The notes beneath the pieces were generated by a model, which saw only the letters and a program-made list of their open reading frames with translations, was not told where the DNA came from and did not search any database. From NCBI GenBank assembly GCA_963810095.1, contig CAWEMM010000006.1:1568001-1632000 (forward strand): a DNA stretch of 64,000 nucleotides, written 5' to 3'. This document shows, piece after piece, positions 50,514-62,232 of the stretch. The stretch's first letter is position 1, and every line of letters begins with the position of its first letter. Source of the stretch: an uncultured Chloroflexia bacterium (GTDB lineage Bacteria; Chloroflexota; Anaerolineae; CG2-30-64-16). The position numbers and the translations under genes are program-made.

Positions 50514-51680
50514 TCAGGCGCGTCGTCGTTCGAGAACTGTCTTCTCGTAAGCATTCAGGAGACGTCCGACAACGGGTGCTGCCCTGTATTCGGCTGCGCG
50601 TGCAAGCCCTCGTGCCCTACATTTTTCCCTGATTTCCCCATCCAGCTGAAACTGCATCATGGCCTCACTCATGCCAGACACGTCTTTGGCGTCGAAGTAG
50701 ACGGCTGCGTCCCTCGCGAACTCCTTCACAGGAGCGATATCAGAGGCCAACAGTGGACAGCCACAAGCCATTGCTTCCAGCACAGGGATACCGGCTCCCT
50801 CAAATAGCGAAGGGAAGACCTGCGCCCCAGCCGCCGCATAAAGGACTGAAAGTTCTTCGGAGCTTAGCGGGAAACGTTCGGTTCCGTTGCGGTAACCGGC
50901 AGAGATAAGTGTTACCGACTCCTCAAGCTGTCTTTCGTGAATTGCAGCCAAAATGATTTCGTCGTTGCCCTTCAGATCGCCACATAGTACCAATGGCCAA
51001 GGCGCGGCTCCGTTAGCCTTCAGCGAGTGGTACGCCTCCAGCAAGCCCAGATGGTTCTTGTGTGGATAGAAGTGCGCCACGTAGAGCCAGAACTGCTCGG
51101 GGAGCGCGTGACGTTCCCTGAAATCGTTGACGGTGCGGTTATCAGCAACAGCAAACGCAGAGCTAAGAATGGGTGGGATTACCGTCATGTGATCAGAGGA
51201 CGCACCCAACACACGTTTCATGTCCCCCGCCGTGGACTCCGACATTGGCAGCAGCATTTCAGCGCCTTGCACTGTCTGCTGCATCATGGCCTGCAAGTAC
51301 GTCCGCTTTAGTTTCGTGAATCCGTCGGGTCTTGCGAAGACCATGAGGTCGTAGAAGGTCACTGCGGCAGGGACTACGTTTATGATCCCACGAGTGTTGG
51401 CAAGCCAATGCATCAAATCCAAGCGGTGCTTCCGCGCCAGCGACTGCAATGCGGTATTCTCGTACAATATCCGGCGAGGCCGGCTCTTGGAGTGCACAGG
51501 TACCTCGACGGGGATAAAATTGGCCGTGGTAGGCAGAAGGACGCGGCTGGAGGGTGTCACAAAGCCAACGTAAGTATTTGTGGTGTCGCACTCGGCGATG
51601 CCGTTCAACAAACCTGCGATGTAGTTCCAGGCTCCTCCAATCTCGGGCAGTGCGTGTAGGAGATTCAGTCCGATCCGCAT
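50514..51680 (-). CDS. Glycosyltransferase family 4 (WbdB/MtfB-like)
   Basis: GGAWNY, TFYDL, SEST, PHKN, FPSLFEGAGIPVLEAMACGCP. Confidence 0.88.
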   Translation of the reverse strand: MRIGLNLLHALPEIGGAWNYIAGLLNGIAECDTTNTYVGFVTPSSRVLLPTTANFIPVEVPVHSKSRPRRILYENTALQSLARKHRLDLMHWLANTRGIINVVPAAVTFYDLMVFARPDGFTKLKRTYLQAMMQQTVQGAEMLLPMSESTAGDMKRVLGASSDHMTVIPPILSSAFAVADNRTVNDFRERHALPEQFWLYVAHFYPHKNHLGLLEAYHSLKANGAAPWPLVLCGDLKGNDEIILAAIHERQLEESVTLISAGYRNGTERFPLSSEELSVLYAAAGAQVFPSLFEGAGIPVLEAMACGCPLLASDIAPVKEFARDAAVYFDAKDVSGMSEAMMQFQLDGEIREKCRARGLARAAEYRAAPVVGRLLNAYEKTVLERRRA

Positions 51681-51683
51681 TTA

Positions 51684-53290
51684 TCAACTCCGCGACAATT
51701 CGATTGGCGCCTGATCGGGCGGGCGGACAACAGCGTCATCCGACAGCAGACGGCCAGTTCCAGCGCGGCGCGGCGGATGGCTGCCACGTTTGGCAAGAGC
51801 AACTATGATAGCTACGAAGAGTACCGGGTAGAAAAATCCGGGGCTAAGGAATCGATAGGTGATAAGATCCAGTACCGAGCATAGCTCCCACAAGGAATTG
51901 ATATGGGGAGCTCTCCGGATCGGTCTTCTGAAGGATTCTGTCTGCGATCCTGGTGAAGCAGGCCATGACGAACCCAAGAATGACTGCTCCCAACCACCCC
52001 CAGCTCATGTAGTACTGGCCCACAATCCCCGGGAAGACGTTTCCCGACTCCGTGTAAATGTCGACTCCCCACCGAAATAGGGTGTAGAACCACGCCACTT
52101 GCGTAACCGGCTTGTCTGCCCAGATGAAACGCGGAATCGGCGACACCACAAACTGTAGCAAAGCGCTTTCGCGAAAGAACTCGTGATATGACGGGACAAG
52201 CTGCACTGCCAGGAGGGTTTCGGTGAAATAGTCGCTGGTACCTCCAAGAGTTGCGACATCTTCGAGAATCCTGTCACTGGCAAATTCGCGCGTGTAAGTC
52301 GACCGAAACAGGAGTTGGTATTGCAGCAGAACAACCAGGGCGCCCCCCACCAGGAGTATTGCAAGCACAAACGACCTGCGTGAGCGACGATAAAGCCGTA
52401 CGAACAAGGTCAGCAGCGTCGGCAGCAAAACCAGGACGGTGATGGAACGAGTTCCCTGGTCGAAGTAGATCAGCAAGGTCAAGACAAGCGCCAGCCCGCC
52501 GAAGGCGACGCGAGCAAGCACCGGGAAGTTTTCGATCTAGAATCGCAAGCCATGCCAGACAAGCTGCTGCTACAAGCAAGCTGCTTGCCAGGTATAGCAG
52601 CGGGCTTACGCTGTTTCCGAGGTTGTCAGCATAAGTCCACGGCTTATCAGCTGCGCGACTCTCGGCTACAACTGCGACCAACTGGGTGGGCCCTAGCCCG
52701 GAAAGCACGTAGGGCAGCAGTCCAATGAGCGCAGCGATTACGACAAGGATATAAAGTCGTGAGCGCGAAATCTCACTGATTTCGCTGTCTAGCTTGAGAC
52801 TTGCGCTTTCGCGCGCTTGCAGGACCGCAAGGCTGACCGTCCAACTAAATACAAAGAGCGAAAGCAGTGCGACGGACAAGGCTACCGTCTCAGGCGAGAT
52901 AGTCAAAGGTAGGCCATCGCCGAAGCTATTTCCGGAATTAAGTGCGTTGATCAAGGCGGGGAACGCGTACCATCCCACAAAGCCGACCATGAACAGGAGG
53001 CGTGCGAGTTCTCGGCGCTGCAATGACCGGCTTAGCGTACGAAGCAAGCTGAGGCCGCTGCAGACAAACAGGATGACTACCAGGCTGGCAAGCACGCCCC
53101 GATCAGTCCAGCCTGTCACGAGTACGACCAGCGAGGCAAGCAAGGGGACTGCCAGCAGAATGCCTGCTTTGAGCACTTCATCTAGGCGTCCCCTCCGTGT
53201 GCCCAGTTGTGTTGAGGTCCCATTAGTCGCGGGGTGACAGTGCTTCCCCTCATGTGGCTCGTAGCTCTTGCCCTCATCTGCAACTTCCAC
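51684..53290 (-). CDS. wzy: O-antigen/polysaccharide polymerase Wzy (indels ~52520 and ~51870)
   Basis: Three hydrophobic ORF pieces with many TMs; GTRS, PIPRFIWADKP, PGIVGQYYMSWG. Confidence 0.6.
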
Positions 53291-53396
53291 TAGCAGCCGG
53301 TTGCTTTGGAAGCGATGCCGGCAGGCTGCGAGCGCCGGTTCGGCCCTCGCTCAGCGCCGCACCCGAAGACGGCCGCCGCTGATTGCTCATATCAGT

Positions 53397-54428
53397 TCAC
53401 TCACAGTTCGGTTTCGTGTCCTCACGCCCTGCGATTTCGTCAAGCATTCGAGCGATTTTGGTTGCCATTTCATGGTCGCTGCTTGCCCTGAGACCTGACA
53501 ATGTCTTGAGGGCAGCCGTGTAGCATCCTTCGGCGATATCGAGTCGAGCTAACTCCAATGCAAGCGGTGCAGGGTCCGTTGCGAACCGGCGGCCGTCCTC
53601 AAGGGTCTGTCTTGCAGTTGCCGTATCGCCAAGCTCTAGCTGAGCCTTTGCTGCCCAATAGAAAGCGTCAGACCTGGTGTGATCAAGATCGATAGCGCGA
53701 CGAAGATGAGCGACGGCTGCGCCCGCTTCACCGGTGAGAACCAGCTTCTGCCCAAGTAACGACTCAGATGTCGCACTTTGTTCGATGCTTTCGAAGGCTT
53801 CGCATGGATGCGCGATCACGCTGCTCGTCCCTTCTCTAATGTCTGCCATACATAGATACATGTACATGTGGGCTTTGCGCGCATCCAGCCCGGGATCGAT
53901 GTCTTGCGCAAGCTGGAAGTATCGAATTGCGGTTGCTTCGTCGTGCTCCAGTTCGATGCTGATTCGTCCCTGGTGCACATACCAGATGGCCGTCGCAGGA
54001 TTCATCTTTCGGAGGGTCAGCGCTTGGTGCGCCTCCCCGTTATTCTCAAGTGCTTGGCCAAAAAAAAGGATATCGGCTTCGTCTGGCTGCAGGCCTTCGG
54101 CTAACTGACCCTTGATCCAATTGGCCACCAGGGGTGTGGACTCGCACGAGAGGAACAGGTATCGCGTCAGTCGATACGAGCTGGTCTGCTGCCCGCGATT
54201 TGGCATTGAGGTTGGAGTGAATCCACCGGACGGCGGACAAAGACGCAACCTTGCCTCTGGAGATAGCGAGGGCCATATTCCCCGTATGATTTGTGACGGT
54301 GCGCTGGCTCGCAGCACTTCGAGAGTCCGGAGTGATAATCCTAACGCTTGCCAAGGAATCGCCAATGCAGCGAGGATCACCGCCGCCAGCACTGCAATCA
54401 GCGTCGTGCGCGCCTTGCGGTTGTTCAT
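53397..54428 (-). CDS. Membrane-anchored TPR-like protein
   Basis: N-terminal TM; AIRYFQLAQDIDP, AVAHLRRAIDLD, AFYWAAKAQLELGD helical repeats. Confidence 0.65.
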   Translation of the reverse strand: MNNRKARTTLIAVLAAVILAALAIPWQALGLSLRTLEVLRASAPSQIIRGIWPSLSPEARLRLCPPSGGFTPTSMPNRGQQTSSYRLTRYLFLSCESTPLVANWIKGQLAEGLQPDEADILFFGQALENNGEAHQALTLRKMNPATAIWYVHQGRISIELEHDEATAIRYFQLAQDIDPGLDARKAHMYMYLCMADIREGTSSVIAHPCEAFESIEQSATSESLLGQKLVLTGEAGAAVAHLRRAIDLDHTRSDAFYWAAKAQLELGDTATARQTLEDGRRFATDPAPLALELARLDIAEGCYTAALKTLSGLRASSDHEMATKIARMLDEIAGREDTKPNCE

Positions 54429-55604
54429 TCCGCGCCGTCGCCGCTTTCGGTAACGCCGTTCGCGCGAATGATCTGCTCCACAGCGCCACGAAAGCCGGTG
54501 CGGAACGCCTCGGGCGAGTAGCGGGTGCGGACGGCAGCCACGACCTTCTCGGCGCGGACCTTGCAGTCTTCGTTGGTGGTGCAACTGGCTTCGGAGATGG
54601 CGGCTCGCACGGCTTCAACCGTCAGGGCCTCGATGCGGTAGCCCCAATCTTCGAGGTCGATGGTGGCGCCATCCGAAAGGATCGGAATCAAGCCGTGCGC
54701 CATGCACTCGACCGCAGCCCCAGGCGATCCTTCGGCACACGTGGGCGCAATGACCCAGTTGCACTGCCGCACAAGGGCGTGGAACTCCTGGGGAACGCAT
54801 TGGGATGAAGTTGTGCAGGTGGATATTGGGCAACTCGTGAAGCTCGCGGCGGTAGGCCTTGAGGAACGCTCCGTCGATGCGCTGGCAGACGTGCAGATGC
54901 AGGTCCGTCTGTGCGAAGGCCTCAAGCAGCAAATCCAGCCCCTTGTGTACGTTCCCGTGGCCGCTGAAGAACAAGAAGTGGCGGCGGCCTTCTGCGTAAT
55001 CCTTCTCTTGCCAGGGCTGCCCGGCAATGGGAAAAGCCGCGTTGTTAATGCCGAAAACATTGGGGAACTGCGAATAGCTTTTGGTCGCGACCGCATTGCC
55101 CAGCGTGATAATGCCGTCCGCCGCCTGAACCGCGTATTCTTCGCTGTCCATGATGGCCCGGTCCGGCGGCAAAAAGTAGCCCCGGCGCCGCGCCAGTTCA
55201 TAAAACTGTCTGGCTTCCCGGACGTTGAATTCCTTCCAATACAAGCTCGTCGAGTAGTAAATCCGCGTCACGCTATCCGGAAGTTGCCGCGAGACATGCT
55301 CAAAGTTGGTTCCGCCGTGTCCCACGAAAAGGCTGTAGTCGTGGGCCGGTCGCCATGAGGTGTTGTCGAGATTAATGATATCCACCAAAAAGCCGAGCTC
55401 GTTGAGCGCCCGGGCCACTTCTTGCGCCATGCCGCGATTGCTGAACCGGATCCGATCTCTGAAGCGAGGAGGCGGGAGTAACGGCATGACGAGATAGGAT
55501 AGGAGTGCCCGTTGCGGAGAATGCGCCTTCAGATACTCGTCGTACCCGGTAATCGTAACACGTTGAGCCACCGCGCCAAGGGTCCGACGGACGTGACGGT
55601 TCAT
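54425..55604 (-). CDS. Glycosyltransferase (GT4-like; frameshift ~54795)
   Basis: HKGLDLLLEAF, CAEGSPGAAVECMAHGLIPI. Confidence 0.8.
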
Positions 55605-55634
55605 GAAATTGTGTTCCCAATCTGGCAGACCATT

Positions 55635-57006
55635 TCACCCCACCGTCACAGGTACAGCGTCCCGGTGCCACTCGACGCGGCTGCGTTTGTAGATGCGCCA
55701 CGAGACGGGCAACTGGAAGAGGCCAATGATCGCGGTGTAGATCGCCAACATGGCCGTCATTCCGATCACCGGCGTGAGCACCGCAGCGAGCACCAGCGTC
55801 GCGATGCTCCCTACGGCATACACGACAACCAGGGGCTCTCGCTTGTGGGCCCGCAAATAGACGTTGATGCCGATCAGGACTGCATTCAGCACTGCGCTCA
55901 GCAACAGGATGGCGGTCGCCGCGGGCGGCAGCACCCGTGCTGCGAGCGCCGGGTTAACGATGCCGAGCAGCCAGACGAGCGCCAGGAGTGCTGCAGCGCC
56001 GATCGTCGCAAAGACGGTCGACGCAAGGAGGGCCCGTCGGAACTGCCCATCCAAGTCGGCGTAGCGGCGCTGGGCGATCAGAATGCCGAACGATGGCGCC
56101 TTCGTCATGACCCAGTTGGACGCGGCCGCAGTCAGAACATTGGCGAGCGTTACTGTGATGCCCAATTGCCCTGCGGCCACGGGGCTGACCCCGCGGAACA
56201 TGATGGGCACCAACATCTGGGTCGTGAAATTGCCGCTAAACCAGGTGATTGCGATGCGCCATTGCAGGGGCCAGACTTCGGTTTTCCAGGGTATCCTGTC
56301 ACCAACCGGGCCCCGTGTCAGTAAGGAACGCAGGAAATTGCCATAGCGAAACGCGATAAAGAGCACGCTCCATAGCAGCAGCGTCAACTGGGCGAACGCA
56401 ACGGTCCATCAGGCTCCAGCCGAGGAGAATGCCGAGCCAGATCGAGAGGCCATTGACCACCTGTTGGACGAAGCGGTAGAACCAGAAGGGTCCGACCTGG
56501 TTGCACCCCTGCAGGAACGAGAAGAGCGGGATGGTCACGAAATTGGCGGTCGTGACCATGCAGACGACGAGCCAGGGGCCGGCCCACTGCACTTCGGGGG
56601 ACGATGCCGATGCGAAGAAGAAACGCCCGCCCACGACCAGGCACACCATCAGGACCACGCCTGCTCCGAAGTACCAGCGCATCGAGCCGCGCCAGAGGGC
56701 CACGAGCCGCTCGAACGAGCGACGCTCGCCGGCGATGAAGCCGCGCTCGTCCAAGTGCAGGCCGGCCCACTCGTGGCTGGCAAACTGCACGAGCGCCTGG
56801 CCCAGGCCCACTTCGGCGACCAGCCGCAGCGTGAGCAGGCTGCCGAAGGCGTAGTAAAACCCCTGGACTTCCGGCGAGAAGCGGGTGGCAACCAGCCACG
56901 CGGTTACCGGGCCGAGCAGAAGCGAGGCGGCATTGCTGAGCAGCGCCCAGAATACCGCCCGGTCGACCTCGGCCCGCCTCAAAAGACGTGCTATGCTCTG
57001 CTGCAC
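55635..57006 (-). CDS. wzx: Wzx-type flippase (frameshift ~56390)
   Basis: Multi-TM; SPEVQGFYYAF, EVGLGQALVQFASHE, EVWPLQWRIAITW, AGQLG, YLRAHKREP. Confidence 0.7.
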
Positions 57007-57055
57007 TGCGCTCCACGCAACGTCCGCAAGGTTGGCACGCGTAACACTCTGGAAC

Positions 57056-58015
57056 CTACCCCAGTGCCTTCAACACCTGTTTCTCGACCCACGGATACGT
57101 CTCGACGATCCCGTCCCGCAGGGAGTACTGGGCCCGCCAGCCGAGCGAGTAGATCCGCTCGTTCGAGAAGTTGCGGCTCTGCACGCCGACCGGACCGGGG
57201 ACATACTCGACGTTGATCTGCTTCCCCGACACGTCGGCCACGATGTCGATCAACTCCTTGACGCTGTAGTACTCGGGGCTGCCGATGTTGACCGCGCCCT
57301 GCAGGTCCGACTGCATCAGCCGGTAGATGCCGTCGACCATGTCGTTGACATACGTGTACGATCGAATCGCCGTTCCATCACCCCACGCCGTGATCGTGCC
57401 ACCGTCCGGCACTTCCGCGACCTTGCGGCACATGGCCGCCGGCGCCTTCTCGCGGCCGCCCGTCCACGTGCCCTCGGGCCCATAGCAGTTCTGGAACCGG
57501 GCAATCCGCACCTGCATGCCGTAGTGGCGCCCGTAGGCCTGCAACATGCGCTCGGAATAGAGCTTCTCCCACCCGTACTCGTTGTCCGGGTTCGCGGGCA
57601 CAGCCTCGGCTTCCGTCATTTCGGGCTCACCCGGCTGCATGTCGCGGTACACGCACACCGAGGAAGAGTAGAAGTAACGGGGCACGCCCAGCAGGGCCGC
57701 CTGGTGGGTCATGTGCACGTTGATCAGCACGCTGTTGTGCATGATCTCGCACTCGGCCGAGTGGATGAAGCCCATCCCGCCCATGTCCGCGGCCAGCTGG
57801 TACACCTCGTCAAATGTGCCGTCGCCGAGGGTCAGCGCGGCCCGGCAGTTCTCCGGCTCGCGCAGGTCGAGCTGGCAGAACTCGTCGGCCGCCGACGCGG
57901 CGAACTCGTGCTGCTTGATGTCTACCCCGCGCACCCAGTACCCTTCGGCCTTGAGCCGCTTGACAAGATGCCCGCCGATGAACCCACCGGCGCCGCAAAC
58001 CACTGCTGTCTTCAT
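57056..58015 (-). CDS. GDP-mannose 3,5-epimerase-like SDR
   Basis: GAGGFIG, LAADMGGMGFI, SSSVCVY, YGWEK, GGREKAPAAMCRK, GDG..RSY. Confidence 0.85.
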   Translation of the reverse strand: MKTAVVCGAGGFIGGHLVKRLKAEGYWVRGVDIKQHEFAASAADEFCQLDLREPENCRAALTLGDGTFDEVYQLAADMGGMGFIHSAECEIMHNSVLINVHMTHQAALLGVPRYFYSSSVCVYRDMQPGEPEMTEAEAVPANPDNEYGWEKLYSERMLQAYGRHYGMQVRIARFQNCYGPEGTWTGGREKAPAAMCRKVAEVPDGGTITAWGDGTAIRSYTYVNDMVDGIYRLMQSDLQGAVNIGSPEYYSVKELIDIVADVSGKQINVEYVPGPVGVQSRNFSNERIYSLGWRAQYSLRDGIVETYPWVEKQVLKALG

Positions 58016-58082
58016 AAAACGTCCTCCCGCGTGACTTGGAATCGGCCAATTTAGCGCTGTGAAAGCGGCCTTCGCCGCTATC

Positions 58083-61000
58083 TCACATCGCAGAAGAAAC
58101 GATGCCCTCGGCCGGGATCGTGCAGGGCCACAGCCCCACCCGCGTCCCGGGATAGCGCTCCGCGAGCGCCGCGCCCAAGGCTTGCGCGTCGTCCGGGCTG
58201 CGCACGATGACGGAAGCAAATCCGCCGCCCCCCGCACCGGCGAGTTTGCCGCCGCAGATATAGGGGCGCATGGCCGCGAACAGGTCGTCGATGAACGGGT
58301 TGGTGCACCCCGGGTCCATCTGCTTGTTGAGGATCCAGTGCTCGCCGAGCAGCCAACCGAAGCCGTCGAGGTCGCCCCCCAGCAGGCACTCGCGCATCGC
58401 CAGGGCCAGCCGGGCGATCTCGCTCTGAATCCAGACCATCTGCGGCTCGCGCGCCATCCAGCGGCTCATCACGTTGCGCAGCAGGTTCTTCGCCAGCCGC
58501 TGCTGCCCCGTGTAGACCAGGCACAGCCGGCCCGCCAGCTCGGCCTGCGTCTGGCCGCTGGGCGTCACGGCCGCGACCGTGATGTGCTGGGGCAGGCCCG
58601 GCTCCGAAGTTACCAGCTTGATCCCTCCCGTCAGCCCGCCCACCTGGTCTTGCCAGCCGCCGCCCGTGGTCAGCATCTGCTCCAAGCACAGCACTTCGTC
58701 GAAAAGCCGGTCTGCCGGGGGCCGGCCGTCGCCGGTCAATTCGCTCAGCGCCACGAGGACCGCGCCGGCCAGGATCGAACTGGTGCCCAGCCCCGAGCCC
58801 ATGGGGATGCGGGCGCCGGTCGTCAGCCGGACGCCGCCGGCCCCCGCCAGGAGCTCGGAAAGCGGTTGTCCGGGGTCGGCATGGGGCGGGACGATGCCGC
58901 GGAGCACGAGCGCGGCCTTCGGCAGCGCGAACGGGTCTGCGGGATTCGCATAGGCCAGCACCTCGCCCGCCGTGCGCAACTCGACGCTCATGTCGAGGTC
59001 GGCGCTCTGCAGGATCAGCCGGGGCTCGTCGAGACAGCAGGCTGCGGCCGTGATCGGGTGCTCGCCGTGGAGCGTGATGGCCGCATTGAGCACAGTGCCG
59101 CCCCGCTCGATACTGTAAGGCGGGGTGTCGGTCCATCCGCCGCCCAGATCGATGCGGGCGGCTGCGGCGATGCGGTAGGTTTTGCCCCCGGGGCGCACGC
59201 CGGCAGGAGCTTCAGCCCTAGCGGAGCGACGGCCTGGGGCGGGCCGCACAGTCGAAGGCTGCTCGGACGAGCGGCTTCTCGCGGCTCCGGTCGCGGTCGT
59301 CGCCTGCTCGATCAGCTTCGGCGAGCAGCGCGAAGCCCCGGTCTTCCCACCCGCTGTCGCCGGTCGCCTCGGCCAGCCCCCGGTAGATGCGCAGCTTAAC
59401 CACCGCATCGGTCGCGGCCAGCTGTTCGTCGCACAGCGCGGCCCGGCGTACGCGCGCGGCCTGCCAGTGCGCCGAGCTCGCTCTTGGCCGCTGCTGCGGG
59501 CACCTCGCGGGTCAGCGCGCCGATAAACTGCCGGACCGCCACGTGGTCTTCGACCGTGACGAGCCGGCTCAGCAGCCGGTCGCCATCGGCCAGGAGTGCG
59601 CTCTCGGCCAGGGACAGCCGGCGGGCGGCCAGCCAGCGCTCGCGCCAGCCCGCAGGCGCCTCGGCAGGCTGCGCCAACGGCAGGGCCAAGCGCAGGCCCT
59701 CCTCGCGGTCGGGATGCACGGGAAAGAGCCGCGCATTCCACAGGGTGCGCTGGCCGGTCGGCACGCCCTGCCAGAGGTCTTCGGGCATCACGTCGGCCGC
59801 GGTGAGCCACGATGCCCACGGCTGATTGCAGAAGGTCGCCTTGAGCTGGTCGAAGAGCTGTTTCGGGTCGTCGTGCAGGCCGAAGCACCGGGTGATCACT
59901 TCGCCTTCGACCCGCTCTGAACGGATGGGCAGTTGGTCCAGCACCAGGCCACGGCCGAGCGCGAGGGCCTGAGCCGTGTCCACGCCCGAGATCATGCCCG
60001 GGCCGGCCCAACTCAGCGGACCGGTGAGGCGGCTGTCGCTCACGAGCAGCGGCGCGGCGCCTGGGTGGACGTCGCCTTCGACGGCCGCGTTGATGAGGAC
60101 GAGCGGGCTCGCGTCGCCCTGGCCCGTGTCCATGTCGTGGCCGCGCCAGCCTGCCGCCGGCTGCTGCCAGCCGCACAGGCTGGCCAGCGCGGCATCCTCC
60201 GCGGCCATGTGCCAGTACTCGGCCGAGCTGCCAAAGTGCACGAACACGGCGGGCTGGAGCTGCTCGACAGTCAAGGCCGTGCCGCGCAGCCGGTCCCAGA
60301 TAATCTGCCGCGCAGCCTTGACGTCCGCAGTTGCGGGCCCATCGCTCGTATCGTTCAGGTACGCGTCGCGGGTGGTCGACTCGGCGAGGGGGAGCAGGAG
60401 GTCGCCGTACAGGTTGAGCGGAGCGGCGGCGACTGCTGGAACTGCAGCCAGGTGCTCCAACTGCTCGATCATGCTCCCGTCGAGCCAGACCAGCCCGGTG
60501 TCGATCTGCACCTGCTCGTCGCGGATTGCGCCCCAGTGTGCCAGCTCGGCCGGATCAGGCTTGTGCAGGTAGGCCTGCACCCGGTGGCCGTGCCCGCCGG
60601 CCGCCTCTTGCGTGACGAAGACCCCGTGGCGAGGGCCCATCTCTGCCGGCGCCGCCGCGGCTACGCCGGTCGCGCCCTGGCGTCGGAAGGTCAACTGCAG
60701 GTGGTCGAACACCAGCAAAACGTCGCCCGAGGCCACCAGCGCGCCGGGCGGGAGCACGGGCGCCAGGCCGCTCAGAGTGATCAGGAATTCGTCGAAGATA
60801 GTGGACGCGCGGCCGTCGGGCAGCGTGCGCGGGATGCGCGCAAACAGCTTGCCTTGCGCCGAGCAATGGGGGAGGCGCTTCGCGTCGCCGCCCGAATGGA
60901 TAATGAGGGAGCGCCGGGCCCCCGGATACGCGTTCCGTTCGGTGCGCAGCCCGACCGCCCGCAGCGTGGCTCCGCCCGAGCCAATGCGGCGGCCCCCGGG

Positions 61001-61192
61001 GTCGGGCAGCACGATGAACTCAGTCCCGGCGGGCAGCAGGTTGGCCTCGCGGCGCCACGCCAGCTGCATGCGCACCATTTCGGCCTGCCGCTCGTCCGAC
61101 GCAGTCAGCACGCACAAGTCCCACCCGCGCCGCGCGTCGTCGCGCAGAGATGCGACGTAGCGCTGCCAGTTATTGCGATGGGCCTGCTGCAA
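58083..61192 (-). CDS. fkp: Bifunctional L-fucokinase / GDP-L-fucose pyrophosphorylase (indels ~59300-59450; start uncertain)
   Basis: N-terminal IGSGGATL, HSGGDAKRLP..SAQGKLF, FVHFGSS; C-terminal GHMP kinase RIDLGGGWTDTPP, PMGSGLGTSS, GGWQDQ, GAGGGGF. Confidence 0.82.
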
Positions 61193-61257
61193 AAACGCCG
61201 CAGAGCCGGCGGGAATCGGGGTTATACTCTCACCTTACTGCAAGCGACGAGAGGACG

Positions 61258-61330
61258 GCCACGAATTGCGCGAATTAACTGAATTGTTCGATCACCCAAA
61301 ATGATCGTGAAATTCGTATAATTCATCGGC
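61258..61330. repeat. Gene-less inverted-arm element built from 9-bp CACGAATT-like units
   Basis: GCCACGAATTG CGCGAATTA ACTGAATT ... ATCGTGA AATTCGTAT AATTCAT; same unit as the GxxExxY flanks. Confidence 0.7.
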
Positions 61331-61341
61331 GATCTCGTCTC

Positions 61342-62217
61342 TCACTTCCACTCGGTTTCGGCCAGGTGGATCAGGTATTGGCCGTAGGAGTTGGCCTTCA
61401 TCACCTGGCCGCACTGCATCAGTTCTTCGCAGGTGATATACCCCATGCGGTAGGCGATTTCTTCGGGACAGGAGATCATCATGCCCTGCCGGTCTTGCAC
61501 GGCCTGGACGAAGCCGGCCGCCTGCAGCAGCGACTCATGGGTGCCTGCGTCGAGCCAGGCGACGCCCCGACCCATCGGCTGCACCATCAGCTGGCCTTGC
61601 TGCAGATAGGTGCGGTTCACGTCGGTGATCTCAATCTCGCCCCGGGGTGAGGGCTTCAGGTTCGCGGCAATGTCAGAGACGTGGCTGTCGTAGAAATAGA
61701 GGCCCGGGACGGCGTAGTGCGACTTAGGCTGCTTCGGCTTTTCTTCGATGCTGATCGCGCGGCCCGTCTCGTCGAACTCGACCACCCCGTAGCGCTCCGG
61801 ATCGCGCACCGGGTAGGCGAAGACCAACGCACCTTCGGTGAGCTGGGCCGCGCTGCGGAGCTGCGCCGGCAGGCCGTGGCCGTAGAAGATGTTGTCGCCG
61901 AGAATCAGGCAGGCCGGCTCGCCGCCGACAAAGTCGCGGCCCACGATGAACGCGTCCGCGAGTCCGCGGGGGGTAGCCTGCTCCGCATAGGTGAACGACA
62001 GGCCCCACTGGCGGCCGTCGCCGAGCAGCGCGCGGAACCCCGGCAGCGCCTCTGGCGTGCTGATGACGAGGATCTCACGAATCCCGGCAAGCATCAGCAT
62101 GGAGAGGGGGTAGTAAATCATGGGCTTGTCATACACCGGCAGCATCTGCTTGCTGACCGCAATCGTCAAAGGGTACAGCCGGGTGCCGGCCCCGCCCGCC
62201 AAGATGATGCCTTTCAT
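61342..62217 (-). CDS. rmlA: Glucose-1-phosphate thymidylyltransferase
   Basis: [55 protein letters not shown]. Confidence 0.95.
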   Translation of the reverse strand: MKGIILAGGAGTRLYPLTIAVSKQMLPVYDKPMIYYPLSMLMLAGIREILVISTPEALPGFRALLGDGRQWGLSFTYAEQATPRGLADAFIVGRDFVGGEPACLILGDNIFYGHGLPAQLRSAAQLTEGALVFAYPVRDPERYGVVEFDETGRAISIEEKPKQPKSHYAVPGLYFYDSHVSDIAANLKPSPRGEIEITDVNRTYLQQGQLMVQPMGRGVAWLDAGTHESLLQAAGFVQAVQDRQGMMISCPEEIAYRMGYITCEELMQCGQVMKANSYGQYLIHLAETEWK

Positions 62218-62232
62218 AGCTTCTCCGCTCTT

